Below are positions 39,893 through 49,189 of a DNA stretch of 64,000 nt, in pieces. Numbering within the stretch: the stretch's first letter is position 1; the number at the start of each line of letters is the position of its first letter. The stretch is from assembly GCA_963662685.1 (NCBI GenBank), contig OY759745.1, forward strand, positions 2,777,236 to 2,841,235. The letters run 5' to 3'. Origin of the DNA: Bacteroidales bacterium (GTDB taxonomy: Bacteria; Bacteroidota; Bacteroidia; Bacteroidales; VadinHA17). The notes beneath the pieces are model-generated. The model did no database searches, was not told the DNA's origin, and worked only from the letters and a program-made list of their open reading frames with translations. Made by a program: the position numbers and the translations under genes.

Positions 39893-41455
39893 TTAGTTTT
39901 TTCCCGGATTTTTCTTAATCACGAGTTCAACAATAATCAAGGCCATTATAGATAATGGCAACGCAAAAAGCAAAGGATCTATCATATACCATGGATATGT
40001 CCCGATCAGCATCTCTTTACCGAACAAAGCCTTAGAAATTCCAAGAGGAACGGCTTCGGACTTATGTAAAAAGGCCAGAACAAACAGACTGGTCAACACC
40101 CCTGTCCACATACTCCATTTTACGGATACCACGGATACCTTTTTCTTTATAAACAAAGCACAGAAATAGGCCGGCAGGAAAGTAGCGGCACAAATTCCCA
40201 TGAATATTGATGTACCCCGGGCTATCACCGAGGCCGATAATACATAACAGATAACATAACTGACAAATATAGTAAACAAGACACCGGCACGGGTGAGTTC
40301 TTTTGGCCAGTTCTCTTTACGTTGGAACCCCGAGTATATGTCTCTTCCAACCGCGGCACCCATAGTGTGGAACTGTGAGCTTAAAGTACTCATCGCCGCG
40401 GAAATGATGCAAAGCATAAAAACCGCCGAAAACCAACCAGGCATAGATGAGTTAATAAACAAAGGTATGATCTTGTCGATATCGGGTGAAGCGTCGGTAG
40501 CTACCAATCCTGTTGTTTTATAAAAATAGAGATTGGATAACGCACCTATATGGTATATGATACCAACGGTCAGCAACAGAAATAGGCAACCTATAAGTAC
40601 CCCGCGGTTCAGTTCCCTGGTCCCTTTTACTGTCATGAAACGTACAACAAGCTGGGGCTGAGCAAGACAGCCGATGCCGACTCCAAGTATCAACGAGGTA
40701 ACGAGCGTGTACCACTGCGACGATCCGAATTTTGGCATCGATGTCCACCCCATATGTCCCAGTTCCCGGTATTTTGCCGGAACCAGATGCGACATATCCG
40801 ACAGGGCCCTGTTAGCCTCGGAGAAACCCATTCCCATCTCCCTGAAGAAGAACCAGTAAGCCAGGAACAGAACAGAAACAACCATGATGCATGCCTGCAT
40901 AACGTCGGTGTATATAACACCTTTCATGCCACCGGCAATTACATAACCAGCAACTACCAGGGTAAGGATAAGTAACGCCAGGTTAAAGTCGATGTGAAAC
41001 ATCTCCTCAATGAAAACGGCGCCTCCTTTCAACACAACAGCGGCATAAAGAGGCATGGCCAGGAATATCACGGCAGCAACGAAATATTTCACGAAGTCAG
41101 ATTCGTAATACTTCCCGAGAAGTTCAGCGAAAGTATGGGCACCCAGACGTTTGCCTATTTTTTGCGTCCTTCGGCCGAAAAAAATATAAGCAATGATCAC
41201 TCCCATCAGCATGTTAAGAAGACAAAGCCATTCTATCCCCATACCAAAAGCTGCCGCAACACCTCCAAAACCTACTATCGCTGAAGCCGAGATGAAAGTA
41301 GCTCCATAAGCTAGCGCCATCATCACCGGATGTATATTACCGCCGGCAATAAGATAATCTTTCGAGTCGCTGGTGTTTTTGTATCCCAGCCAACCTAAAT
41401 ATACAAGTACCAGGAAATACAACAGTACTATCAGGCCCAATCCAAATCCGCTCAT
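39893..41455 (-). CDS. Sodium:solute symporter (SSS) family transporter
   Basis: 520 aa, about 13 TM, with typical SSS N-terminal pattern (DYLIAGGNIHP...) and GGMKGVIYTDVMQ. Confidence 0.88.
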   Translation of the reverse strand: MSGFGLGLIVLLYFLVLVYLGWLGYKNTSDSKDYLIAGGNIHPVMMALAYGATFISASAIVGFGGVAAAFGMGIEWLCLLNMLMGVIIAYIFFGRRTQKIGKRLGAHTFAELLGKYYESDFVKYFVAAVIFLAMPLYAAVVLKGGAVFIEEMFHIDFNLALLILTLVVAGYVIAGGMKGVIYTDVMQACIMVVSVLFLAYWFFFREMGMGFSEANRALSDMSHLVPAKYRELGHMGWTSMPKFGSSQWYTLVTSLILGVGIGCLAQPQLVVRFMTVKGTRELNRGVLIGCLFLLLTVGIIYHIGALSNLYFYKTTGLVATDASPDIDKIIPLFINSSMPGWFSAVFMLCIISAAMSTLSSQFHTMGAAVGRDIYSGFQRKENWPKELTRAGVLFTIFVSYVICYVLSASVIARGTSIFMGICAATFLPAYFCALFIKKKVSVVSVKWSMWTGVLTSLFVLAFLHKSEAVPLGISKALFGKEMLIGTYPWYMIDPLLFALPLSIMALIIVELVIKKNPGKN

Positions 41456-41467
41456 TGTCTTATAAGT

Positions 41468-41590
41468 TTATTCAGATTCAGGCATATCTTCCTGATTCCA
41501 GCTTTTAATACTAAATACCAGGGCAAAAACCACACATGCGGCTATCAGCACGTATGCCAGCCATATTCCGGAGTCGTCTATTCCAAACAT
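41468..41590 (-). CDS. Symporter small accessory membrane protein (40 aa, below the ORF-track cutoff)
   Basis: Hand translation gives MFGIDDSGIWLAYVLIAACVVFALVFSIKSWNQEDMPESE. It has one TM and its stop is 12 nt before the SSS start codon. Confidence 0.6.
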   Translation of the reverse strand: MFGIDDSGIWLAYVLIAACVVFALVFSIKSWNQEDMPESE

Positions 41591-41675
41591 ATTATCAGTC
41601 AGTTAATGGTCAATGTTATATGTCCAATTCATTGCGGTTTATTCTCAAATACTTTTTGTACGCCCAGCAATACAT

Positions 41676-42989
41676 TTACATCAATTTACGGATATCCCTG
41701 ACTCTCACGGCCTTTCCTTCAGTGCGGGGAATCGTTCCTTTTTGTACCAGTTTTACCCTGGGAGTAACAAGTATCTCATCTTTCAACGATCTGGTTATAG
41801 ATTTTCGCAGGTTCTCCAATGCGCTGTAGTCGTCTGAAAAAAGATCACTTAGCTCAACCTCAACAACTATCTCGTCGCCTCCCGTCGTTGGCTGTATGGT
41901 AATCATGTAGCCCGATGCCAGTTGTTCGTATTTCATCAACTGTTTTTCTATTTGCATAGGGAAAATGTTGACCCCTTTAACGATGAACATGTCATCGCTT
42001 CTACCCTTCATCCTGTCAATTCTCCTGTGGGTTCTTCCACAGGGACAGTCCCCCGGCAAAAACCTTGTAAGGTCCCTGGTACGGTACCTTAACAGAGGCA
42101 TCGCTGTCCGGTCGAGTGTTGTCAACACCAACTCTCCGATCTCTCCTTCCGGCACAGGTTCCAGAGTATCCGGATCAATGATCTCCACGATATAACAATC
42201 TTCCCAAAAATGCATTCCGTTTTGTTCGGTGCATTCAAAAGCGATACCGGGACCGGCCATCTCCGACATACCAAAACTGTTATACGCCTTCACCCCCATC
42301 ATCTCCTCAATACGCCGGCGTTGCCCTTCGGTATGTGGTTCAGCGCCAACAAGAAAGGTAGTCAACTTTGTCTCTTTTCGCGGGTCTATGCCTATATCTC
42401 TGAACGCTTCGGCCAGATGTATAGCGTAACTGGGCACAGCATGGATAGCTGTGGTTCCAAAATCCATTATAAACTTTATCTGGCGTTGTGTATTTCCGGC
42501 TGCAGCTGGCACCGTCAACGCCCCGAGCCGTTCGGCTCCATACTGAAAACCAAGTCCACCGGTAAACATTCCATAACCGGAGGTATTCTGGAAAACATCC
42601 GTATCTCGTAAACCGACCATATACATACAACGTGCTACAAGATTTGCCCATGAATCCAGATCGTGTTTTGAATGAAACACTACAGTAGGGTTACCCGTTG
42701 TACCACTGGAGGAGTGAAGTCGTACCGCTTCCTTCAGCGATCCGGCCACGAAACCATAAGGATAATTATTTCTGAGTTGTTCTTTTGTTGTAAAAGGAAT
42801 TTTTTTGAGATCGTCCAATGAGTTGATTTTATCGGCAGATATATTTTGTTCGGCGAACAGTTTTCCATAGTATGGCGACGTCGATGCTCCCTGAACTGTC
42901 TTTTTAAGTCTCTCCAATTGCAAATTTTCAAGCGACTTTCTGTCCATTGTTTCAACATCTTCCTGCCAATACTTGCTTTCGTTACTCAT
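41676..42989 (-). CDS. paaK: Phenylacetate--CoA ligase family adenylate-forming enzyme (second paralog)
   Basis: 437 aa with SSGTTGNPTVV, FGMSEMAGPGIA, RYRTRDL and GKAVRVRDIR. Confidence 0.85.
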   Translation of the reverse strand: MSNESKYWQEDVETMDRKSLENLQLERLKKTVQGASTSPYYGKLFAEQNISADKINSLDDLKKIPFTTKEQLRNNYPYGFVAGSLKEAVRLHSSSGTTGNPTVVFHSKHDLDSWANLVARCMYMVGLRDTDVFQNTSGYGMFTGGLGFQYGAERLGALTVPAAAGNTQRQIKFIMDFGTTAIHAVPSYAIHLAEAFRDIGIDPRKETKLTTFLVGAEPHTEGQRRRIEEMMGVKAYNSFGMSEMAGPGIAFECTEQNGMHFWEDCYIVEIIDPDTLEPVPEGEIGELVLTTLDRTAMPLLRYRTRDLTRFLPGDCPCGRTHRRIDRMKGRSDDMFIVKGVNIFPMQIEKQLMKYEQLASGYMITIQPTTGGDEIVVEVELSDLFSDDYSALENLRKSITRSLKDEILVTPRVKLVQKGTIPRTEGKAVRVRDIRKLM

Positions 42990-43091
42990 CTCACTTAATA
43001 ATTATACGTCTTATACTTAGTTACTTGTTATTTTCAAAACATTTATATCAGACTTGACTCCTAAAACAATACAACTCCCGCAATATGATTA

Positions 43092-44342
43092 TCAGAAGTA
43101 ATATACAGCCATTACCAATAACCTTACATTATCTGATGGTGCAATATTGCTTACCCTGCCATTATCGGCTCCGTCAGGTGTACCGTACCAGGCTTTTGTG
43201 TACTCAAGTTCAGTGCATATACTCAGCTTCGTAAATTGATAATATACCCTCGGGGCAATTCTTGAAATTGAAGATATGTCGTATCCCCTTCCATAGAACG
43301 CACCGGATACAGGATCTATTGTGCCCAGATTTTTGGTATGCCCGGCGAAAAAACCATATTTCAGTTTATCCCCTGTTTCAACACTTATCCAGCCGTTGAG
43401 ATGTTGTGAAGGCGTATATTTCTCAATTCCTGTGAGAAGATTGTATTCTGATACCGCATACCCTCCAAGCATATATGATTCGGAGCAGTTCTGTGTATAT
43501 GATCCGTTAACCCTTATCGACAAAGATCCATTATTGTATTCAGAAAAAACCTGGCCCGATACGGTAGTCAGTGTCTCCTTAGTCTCTTTGGTTATACCAT
43601 CAATGCCTGTCACCGTATTCCTTGGCTTCAACGTTTTAGTATTGCCCACAATACCGACTTTAATTGGTCCCTCTTGCCACATAGCAGCGATACTCAACTC
43701 AGGAATGAGAGCGTTTCTCATGTACTCATCACTTCTTCCCTTAGGTCCATCTGAAGTATATGGTCCTTGATATGAGGCTGTTGCCGACAGGGTAAAGTTC
43801 CCGGGAAGATATGTAAACCTTACCTGCTCGCTCCTGTTAAAAGTAAAAAATGGAGCACCGAAATTCAGGTTGACCACATGGGGCATACTATAAGTCGACA
43901 TTGGGTGCCAAGCCCGGCCAACAAGTAACTGGGAATGATCCCATGTCAGTCTGATCCAACCCTGACGGAACATGAAACTGTTAGCGGTCGATTTAGCCGT
44001 AAAATCCATCTCAACGTAAGCTTGGGCAGATGCTTTTCCAATATTATGACCCTTAAACGTCCCCGACAAACGGGTAGCCACCGACGACATCGCGACAGAA
44101 GGATTTCCGTTGATATCGACACCATTGTCATCAGGAGTAACTTTCATAGGATATAACGAAAAAATACCATCAACCGCTTCCACTGTCGCCCTTGAATTAT
44201 ATATGAATTCAGATCTTACCCACCCACCAATTTCCAGAGAACGATCATCATCAAATTGGATTATGCTTTTTTGTGAGAAACCATTAGAAGATATAGCCGT
44301 AAACAGAACGGCCGAAGCGATCAATGCAAAATCTTTTCTCAT
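43092..44342 (-). CDS. Outer-membrane porin-like beta-barrel protein (hypothetical)
   Basis: 416 aa with a signal peptide, alternating beta pattern and the terminal motif LLVMAVYYF. It is the first gene of the porin-ligase-symporter string. Confidence 0.55.
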   Translation of the reverse strand: MRKDFALIASAVLFTAISSNGFSQKSIIQFDDDRSLEIGGWVRSEFIYNSRATVEAVDGIFSLYPMKVTPDDNGVDINGNPSVAMSSVATRLSGTFKGHNIGKASAQAYVEMDFTAKSTANSFMFRQGWIRLTWDHSQLLVGRAWHPMSTYSMPHVVNLNFGAPFFTFNRSEQVRFTYLPGNFTLSATASYQGPYTSDGPKGRSDEYMRNALIPELSIAAMWQEGPIKVGIVGNTKTLKPRNTVTGIDGITKETKETLTTVSGQVFSEYNNGSLSIRVNGSYTQNCSESYMLGGYAVSEYNLLTGIEKYTPSQHLNGWISVETGDKLKYGFFAGHTKNLGTIDPVSGAFYGRGYDISSISRIAPRVYYQFTKLSICTELEYTKAWYGTPDGADNGRVSNIAPSDNVRLLVMAVYYF

Positions 44343-44738
44343 ATTATTGTTTTAGTTAGGATATTTCAAATCAAAAAAAGCCTATCGTTTTCAAGAACAA
44401 CAGGCTTTATAATTTTTATGTGTTTTTGATTATAGCAACTTATTGTTCATTTCTATTATCCAGTGGTAATAGAAATGAGTCCAACATGCATTAAAACCAA
44501 AACGTTTCATGTGTTTAAAAACTTTATTTTATTTATCTCGCTTTCACACAATCTTTTTTAATCATACTTTTTTGTTAAAAAAGATCATATTCGTTTCGTT
44601 CTCTATTCTTATAATACTGACAAAAATAAGCACATTTTAAAGCAAATAAAACATTTCTTTAATTTTTTTCAAAAGAACCGTTAAAATACTGAATCTCTTA
44701 AACTAAGAGACAAATTATAGCCACAATTACTAAACATT

Positions 44739-44806
44739 TGTAGCCTTTATCAAAACCCTATGTGAGTAAGCAACTGTTATTGTAGCCCTCTCCCTTTTGT
44801 AGCCTT
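44739..44806 (+). repeat. Three same-orientation TGTAGCC(T/C)T motifs resembling the terminal inverted repeat of the IS3-family element at 50762..51993
   Basis: TGTAGCCTT at 44739, TGTAGCCCT at 44781 and TGTAGCCTT at 44798. The 44779..44797 copy (ATTGTAGCCCTCTCCCTTT) matches the reverse complement of the IS right end (ATTGTAGCCTTCCCCCTTT) at 16 of 19 positions. Confidence 0.5.
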
Positions 44807-44998
44807 ACCTAATAGCGTAAGGTTCCAGAAAAACTATAGGGATCATAGCTCCGGTCAAGCGCAGAACATACCGCTATTAATCCCTGGTTTTATAGTCCCC
44901 TCTGCGGAAGTCCCACATACAATTGTGGTTAGTAAAAGAGTCAACCGATTGAGAGCCACAAAAAAAAACAGCTAAAACAGACATAACTGTTTAACACT

Positions 44999-45784
44999 TT
45001 AATCGGTATCTGCCGATTCTGGTACAATCCCAGACTCCCTGTTAAGCTGACGAAGTCTTAAGTATTTCCGGTAACTCGATCCCGCTCCTATCTTGCAAAC
45101 GATAAAACCGTTTTTTCCGTCGAGGAATCCCAATCGTAACACATAGGTCAGAAAAAAGCGCCATCCACCATGTATTGCCGGAGCCAGAAATGATACTTTT
45201 TTGCCAGCCTTATGATATTCCCGTGCATATCTCTCTGTATACGAATCCACCCTGTCGGTATACTCTTTGACCGTTGAGCAAGCGTAATGGAGGATATCAC
45301 CTTTGAGGTGCGCAATTTTTGCCTCTGGTACCGGCATAAACGTCTCGTGCACGTTATTCGGTCCCCATTTCCCCATACCTATATTATATAGTCTGATATG
45401 TTTGTCGGGGTAAAGTCCCGAATGGTGTATCCATTGCCCACAGAAGTTGTTCAATCGGTTTATATAGTAAGCATCAGCCTCCGGGTTTTCTTTGACCTTC
45501 AGCAACGATTTTCTGAGTCCATCGCTCAGAACCTCGTCGGCGTCCAGCGTCAAAGCATACTGATGCGAAGCAAACTGAAGCGCAAAATTACGCTGATCCA
45601 TAAACCCAGTGAACTTGTTCTGTATGAACCCTGCCCCAAATTTCTCACAAATCTCTCTAGTATTGTCAGTCGAAAAAGAATCCACAACAACGATCTCATC
45701 TACAATCCCCTCTAGGGATTTAAGACATCGTTCCAGAGTCGCTCCGGCGTTGTAGGTTATTATTAGGGCTGAGATGTGAGGCAT
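44999..45784 (-). CDS. Family 2 glycosyltransferase (LPS-core/KdtX-like type)
   Basis: 261 aa with ISALIITYNAGATLERCL, VVVDSFSTDNT and the LDADE motif. Confidence 0.82.
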   Translation of the reverse strand: MPHISALIITYNAGATLERCLKSLEGIVDEIVVVDSFSTDNTREICEKFGAGFIQNKFTGFMDQRNFALQFASHQYALTLDADEVLSDGLRKSLLKVKENPEADAYYINRLNNFCGQWIHHSGLYPDKHIRLYNIGMGKWGPNNVHETFMPVPEAKIAHLKGDILHYACSTVKEYTDRVDSYTERYAREYHKAGKKVSFLAPAIHGGWRFFLTYVLRLGFLDGKNGFIVCKIGAGSSYRKYLRLRQLNRESGIVPESADTD

Positions 45785-45840
45785 CCTGATTTTTGGTTTA
45801 ACAAGTTATGTCTATCAGTAACGATAATAAGATAAATCTG

Positions 45841-46653
45841 CTATTTTGCATACTGTCTCATAGCGTTTTTATTTATAATCCTACGTTTTCGATCAAAAAT
45901 CCAACCCCAATGATTAAAATACTTTATCGCTGAGGCAATATGAGCCCTTAACATCTTTCTGTTATGAAACGATTCTTTTTTATGAGCATGTGTAACTGAT
46001 ACAAACGGATAATAAACTGTTCTATAATGATCCCCTATTCTCCTGCAAATATCAATATCTTCACAATACATCCAATACCTATCTGAGAATCCATTTACCT
46101 TCTTCAATGCTTCTGTTCGGCAAAACATAAAACATCCACTTAAAAATGGAACATCCAATATTTTATCATACCCGCTTTTCTGCATTTCATAGCGAATATT
46201 CCTTCTTTCTACAATTCTTTTAAACGGAATAAAGCGTCGTCCTATTAAGTCTATTGGAGTGGGCAATAATTTGCATAACCTTTGAATTTCGCCAACAGGA
46301 CTTAGAATTTGGGGCATGATCAATCCAATGTTAGAATGTTCATCCATATATCCAGCAATTTCTCTTAAAACATTATCAGCAAAACTGATATCAGGATTTA
46401 TTATTAAATGATATTCAGATCCCATTTCTATTGCTTTTTTAATAGCAATATTATGACCTGCTCCATAGCCGATATTTCCGTGACCCCAGAAATAAATTAC
46501 ATCAGATAGATCATATATAATATCCCGAATCTTATCATCTAAAGAATTATCAATAATAAATATTTTGTCAAAATTGTTATTTGCCAGACAGTTTAATAAA
46601 TTTAGCAATTCATACTTGTTTGTATCAAACGTCACAATGCTTGCTGTTATCAT
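45841..46653 (-). CDS. Family 2 glycosyltransferase (rhamnosyltransferase-like type)
   Basis: 270 aa with ASIVTFDTNKYEL...IFIIDNSLDD and the later CEDIDICRR motif. Confidence 0.78.
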   Translation of the reverse strand: MITASIVTFDTNKYELLNLLNCLANNNFDKIFIIDNSLDDKIRDIIYDLSDVIYFWGHGNIGYGAGHNIAIKKAIEMGSEYHLIINPDISFADNVLREIAGYMDEHSNIGLIMPQILSPVGEIQRLCKLLPTPIDLIGRRFIPFKRIVERRNIRYEMQKSGYDKILDVPFLSGCFMFCRTEALKKVNGFSDRYWMYCEDIDICRRIGDHYRTVYYPFVSVTHAHKKESFHNRKMLRAHIASAIKYFNHWGWIFDRKRRIINKNAMRQYAK

Positions 46654-46955
46654 GGTATCTTCACTTAAAACCGCAAAAATAAAGGATAAAAGCTAATCTA
46701 CTGGTCGAAATTCAATAATTTTGTATTCATGTAAGATCCTCCAAAAATGGGAAAAGTTACATTACAACAGGAAGAGTCAATATTCGTTGACAACGAAAAC
46801 TTTTATTTTTTTTATTTAGTACATGACAAAAAAACAATAACTAATTGATTGTTAATATTTTATAATGTATTTACTGATAACAATACGTTTATCTATTAGG
46901 TAAAAACCCTGATAATAAATATATTGGAAGCGCACAACCAATACATTTTCCAACC

Positions 46956-47342
46956 ATGAAAACCAAGGTCGAAAACAAAGTTACGAGTTTATCCGATACG
47001 TTGAAAGAGTTCTTCGGTGACAATATGAACTTGGCCCGCATCAAGCTTTTTGGCTTATTTATCAGTGCGTTATGCAAGACACAGAAAGTCTGCTTCGAAA
47101 AATTGGCCTGTGGGTTCGAAGCAAATGTTAGAGCGGAGTCGTCGTTGCGAAGGATACAGAGGTTTATAGCCGGGTATTCGCTGGACTCCGATCTTGTCGC
47201 GAGGTTTATATTTTCCCTGCTGCCCCATGAGCCACCGTACAGACTGGTTTTGGACAGTACCAACCGGAAGTTCGACGCGAAGAACATCAACATCCTGGCT
47301 CTTAGCGTTGTATATAAGGGAGTAGCGTTTCCGATTCTTTTC
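46956..47342 (+). pseudogene. IS4-family transposase, N-terminal fragment only
   Basis: SLRRIQRFIAGYSLDSDLVARFIFSLL...RLVLDSTNRKFDAKNINILALSVVYKGVAFPILF matches the conserved N-terminal third of IS4-type DDE transposases. Similarity stops near 47342 and no DDE core follows. Confidence 0.6.
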
Positions 47343-47433
47343 CATTCTTTTGGGCTGGTTTTGAATGCAACTATACTTGTAGTAATCATTTGTTATAATT
47401 TTAAATTTGACCTTTAGATGCTGTTTTGAATTT

Positions 47434-47781
47434 TTAAATTTTCCGATTAAGCATTATTCGTATCATGGCTAATTGAATTATGGCCTCACTGGTTTCGGTC
47501 AGGTTTTCATAGTCTTTGGAATTGCGTCTGTAACTGTTGATCCATGAAATAGTTCTTTCAACAATCCATCGTTTGGGCAGGACTTTAAACATGCCTGTTT
47601 CATTTCGTTTCACTATTTCTAAAATCCAGTTGAACGTTACTTTTGCATAATCAATTAGTTGCCCGGCATAATAATATACCGTCTGCCACGGGGCAAAATT
47701 TGCTGGAAGCACCCTCCATTGACAACCACTCTTTGTAATATAGAAAATAGCGTCCCAAATATTTCTTAGTTTATGCCTCGT
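47434..47781 (-). pseudogene. IS5-family transposase remnant, 5'-truncated and internally deleted
   Basis: The reverse strand reads ...[37 protein letters not shown], an N-terminal conserved box. This is joined directly to ...[38 protein letters not shown], the C-terminal box. The catalytic middle is absent. Confidence 0.7.
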
Positions 47782-47930
47782 GAGATACTATCACTGAACC
47801 TGAACAATGGAGAAAGTGAAATAGTAAAAAGGGGTGATTTGAAGCTTGTTATAAGTTATTCTGACAACAGAGCAAAGAAAGATTATGAGAACCGTAGAAA
47901 GGGGCTTAGAAAACTGGAAAAACGAATAAG
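47782..47930 (+). pseudogene. IS1634-like (IS4 superfamily) transposase fragment, part 1 (interrupted by the IS3-family element)
   Basis: ...GESEIVKRGDLKLVISYSDNRAKKDYENRRKGLRKLEKRI. The reading frame resumes exactly at 49193 once the IS and one AAG copy are removed. The left boundary is approximate. Confidence 0.6.
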
Positions 47931-47995
47931 TATAATACTCCCCAAATCCTAGACCAGAGGTTTAGTAGAAATAATACATTAAATTTACTGAACCT

Positions 47996-48310
47996 ATGAC
48001 AAAACAATCGAGACGCAAATTCAGTGCGGAATTCAAGGCCAAGGTTGCCTTGGAAGCCATTAAAAACGAAAAGACCTTGGCCGAACTGGGCCATAAATTT
48101 GAGATCAATCCCGTGACCATTTCCAAGTGGAAGAACGAGTTTTTAGAAAGGATGACCGTAATCTTTGAGAACGGAACGAGCAAAAGGTCCCAGGAGAGTT
48201 CACCTGATCTTGACAAGCTTTACGCCCAGATCGGGCAGTTAAAAGTAGAGAACGACTTTTTAAAAAAAAGTGCCAGGAGACTGGGGATATCGGACAAAGA
48301 ATGGAAATGA
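47996..48310 (+). CDS. IS3-family transposase OrfA (HTH)
   Basis: 104 aa starting MTKQSRRKFSAEFKAKVALEAIKNEKTLAELGHKFEINPVTISKWKNEF, with a leucine-zipper-like tail. Confidence 0.88.
   Translation: MTKQSRRKFSAEFKAKVALEAIKNEKTLAELGHKFEINPVTISKWKNEFLERMTVIFENGTSKRSQESSPDLDKLYAQIGQLKVENDFLKKSARRLGISDKEWK
48262..48268 (+). promoter_or_regulatory. Candidate programmed -1 ribosomal frameshift site (A_AAA_AAA within an A8 run)
   Basis: The heptamer is in the correct register with the orfA codons (TTA AAA AAA AGT). The -1 frame is open from 48268 into orfB. Confidence 0.6.
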
Positions 48311-49128
48311 TCAGGCCCAAACATAAAACGTTTTCTATACGGAAGCAATGCGATATGCTTTCGGTACCCAGAAGTTCGTTGTATTATCGACCGATTCCCG
48401 AAAAGCCGGAAAACGTCAAAATGATGGATATAATGGACCGACATCTGCTGAAGCATCCTACCGAGGGAGTTTTATCGATGGTCGATATGCTGAAGGGGAT
48501 GGGACTCCCGGTGGGACCAAAGCGTATCAGGCGTCTGTTTAGGCTTATGGGGCACCAGACTCTATATCGTAAAAAGAACCTCACAAAAAATGCCCTAAAA
48601 GAATTTATAAGGCCTTATTTGCTTCGCGGATTAAAAGTCACCCATGCCAACCAGGTATGGTGCACGGACATTACTTATATCCCGATGGCCAAGGGGTTTA
48701 TGTATATGACAGCTTTCATTGATGTCTACAGCCGGAAAATAGTGGGCTGGAGTATCAGCAATACCATGAGCAAGCAATGGGTACTGGATGTTTTGAAAGA
48801 CGCTATAGCGAGGTACGGCAAACCAGAAATCATAAACACCGATCAGGGATCCCAGTACACCAGCTTTGCCTGGACTCATTACATGGAGGAACAAGGAATA
48901 AAAATATCTATGGACAGCAAGGGAAGGGCCGTGGACAACATCTGGATCGAAAGGTTCTGGAAAAGTATCAAGTACGATTACATTTATTTAAATCCCGCTG
49001 ACAATGGACTGGATCTTTTTGAAGGAGTCAGGGAGTACATTGAATATTATAACCAGAAAAAACACCAGACGATAAAGAAGAAACCAAATGAAGCGTACCA
49101 AGAATCAATTAGAAACAATGCGGCATAA
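48301..49128 (+). CDS. IS3-family transposase OrfB (rve/DDE integrase core), normally expressed as an OrfAB fusion
   Basis: 275 aa with DDE context WCTDITYIPM, INTDQGSQYTS and IERFWKSIKYD. It lies in the -1 frame relative to orfA. Confidence 0.88.
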   Translation: MEMIRPKHKTFSIRKQCDMLSVPRSSLYYRPIPEKPENVKMMDIMDRHLLKHPTEGVLSMVDMLKGMGLPVGPKRIRRLFRLMGHQTLYRKKNLTKNALKEFIRPYLLRGLKVTHANQVWCTDITYIPMAKGFMYMTAFIDVYSRKIVGWSISNTMSKQWVLDVLKDAIARYGKPEIINTDQGSQYTSFAWTHYMEEQGIKISMDSKGRAVDNIWIERFWKSIKYDYIYLNPADNGLDLFEGVREYIEYYNQKKHQTIKKKPNEAYQESIRNNAA

Positions 49129-49189
49129 AACAAATAAATATTTAACTTAACACGCTATTCCTTTGGTACAGGAAATAGGGAGTATTATA

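Larger units (their letters stand above)
47931..49189 (+). mobile_element. IS3-family insertion sequence, apparently intact (1259 bp)
   Basis: 30-bp imperfect terminal inverted repeats: TATAATACTCCCCAAATCCTAGACCAGAGG at 47931..47960 versus the reverse complement of 49160..49189, 24 of 30 identical. 3-bp direct repeat AAG at 47928..47930 and 49190..49192. orfA and orfB lie in the 0 and -1 frames. Confidence 0.88.

Noticed and set aside
44375-44410. Hairpin AAAGCCT...AGGCTTT with flanking A/T runs, about 35 nt upstream of the porin start (possible attenuator or terminator)
   Set aside because: The stem is short with a large loop of about 19 nt, and its strand is ambiguous. It cannot be distinguished from chance in this AT-rich spacer.
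44807-44998. A somewhat GC-richer stretch of the 656-bp spacer, examined as a possible structured RNA, tRNA fragment or gene remnant
   Set aside because: Six-frame reading gave no extended open frame or familiar motif. I could not build a tRNA cloverleaf or a long-range pairing by eye. It needs an Rfam/Infernal scan to settle.
46740-46840. Short plus-strand ORF MGKVTLQQEESIFVDNENFYFFYLVHDKK upstream of the GT2 gene, considered as a gene remnant
   Set aside because: It has no recognisable family signature. It is probably random in the AT-rich promoter region of the 45841..46653 gene.
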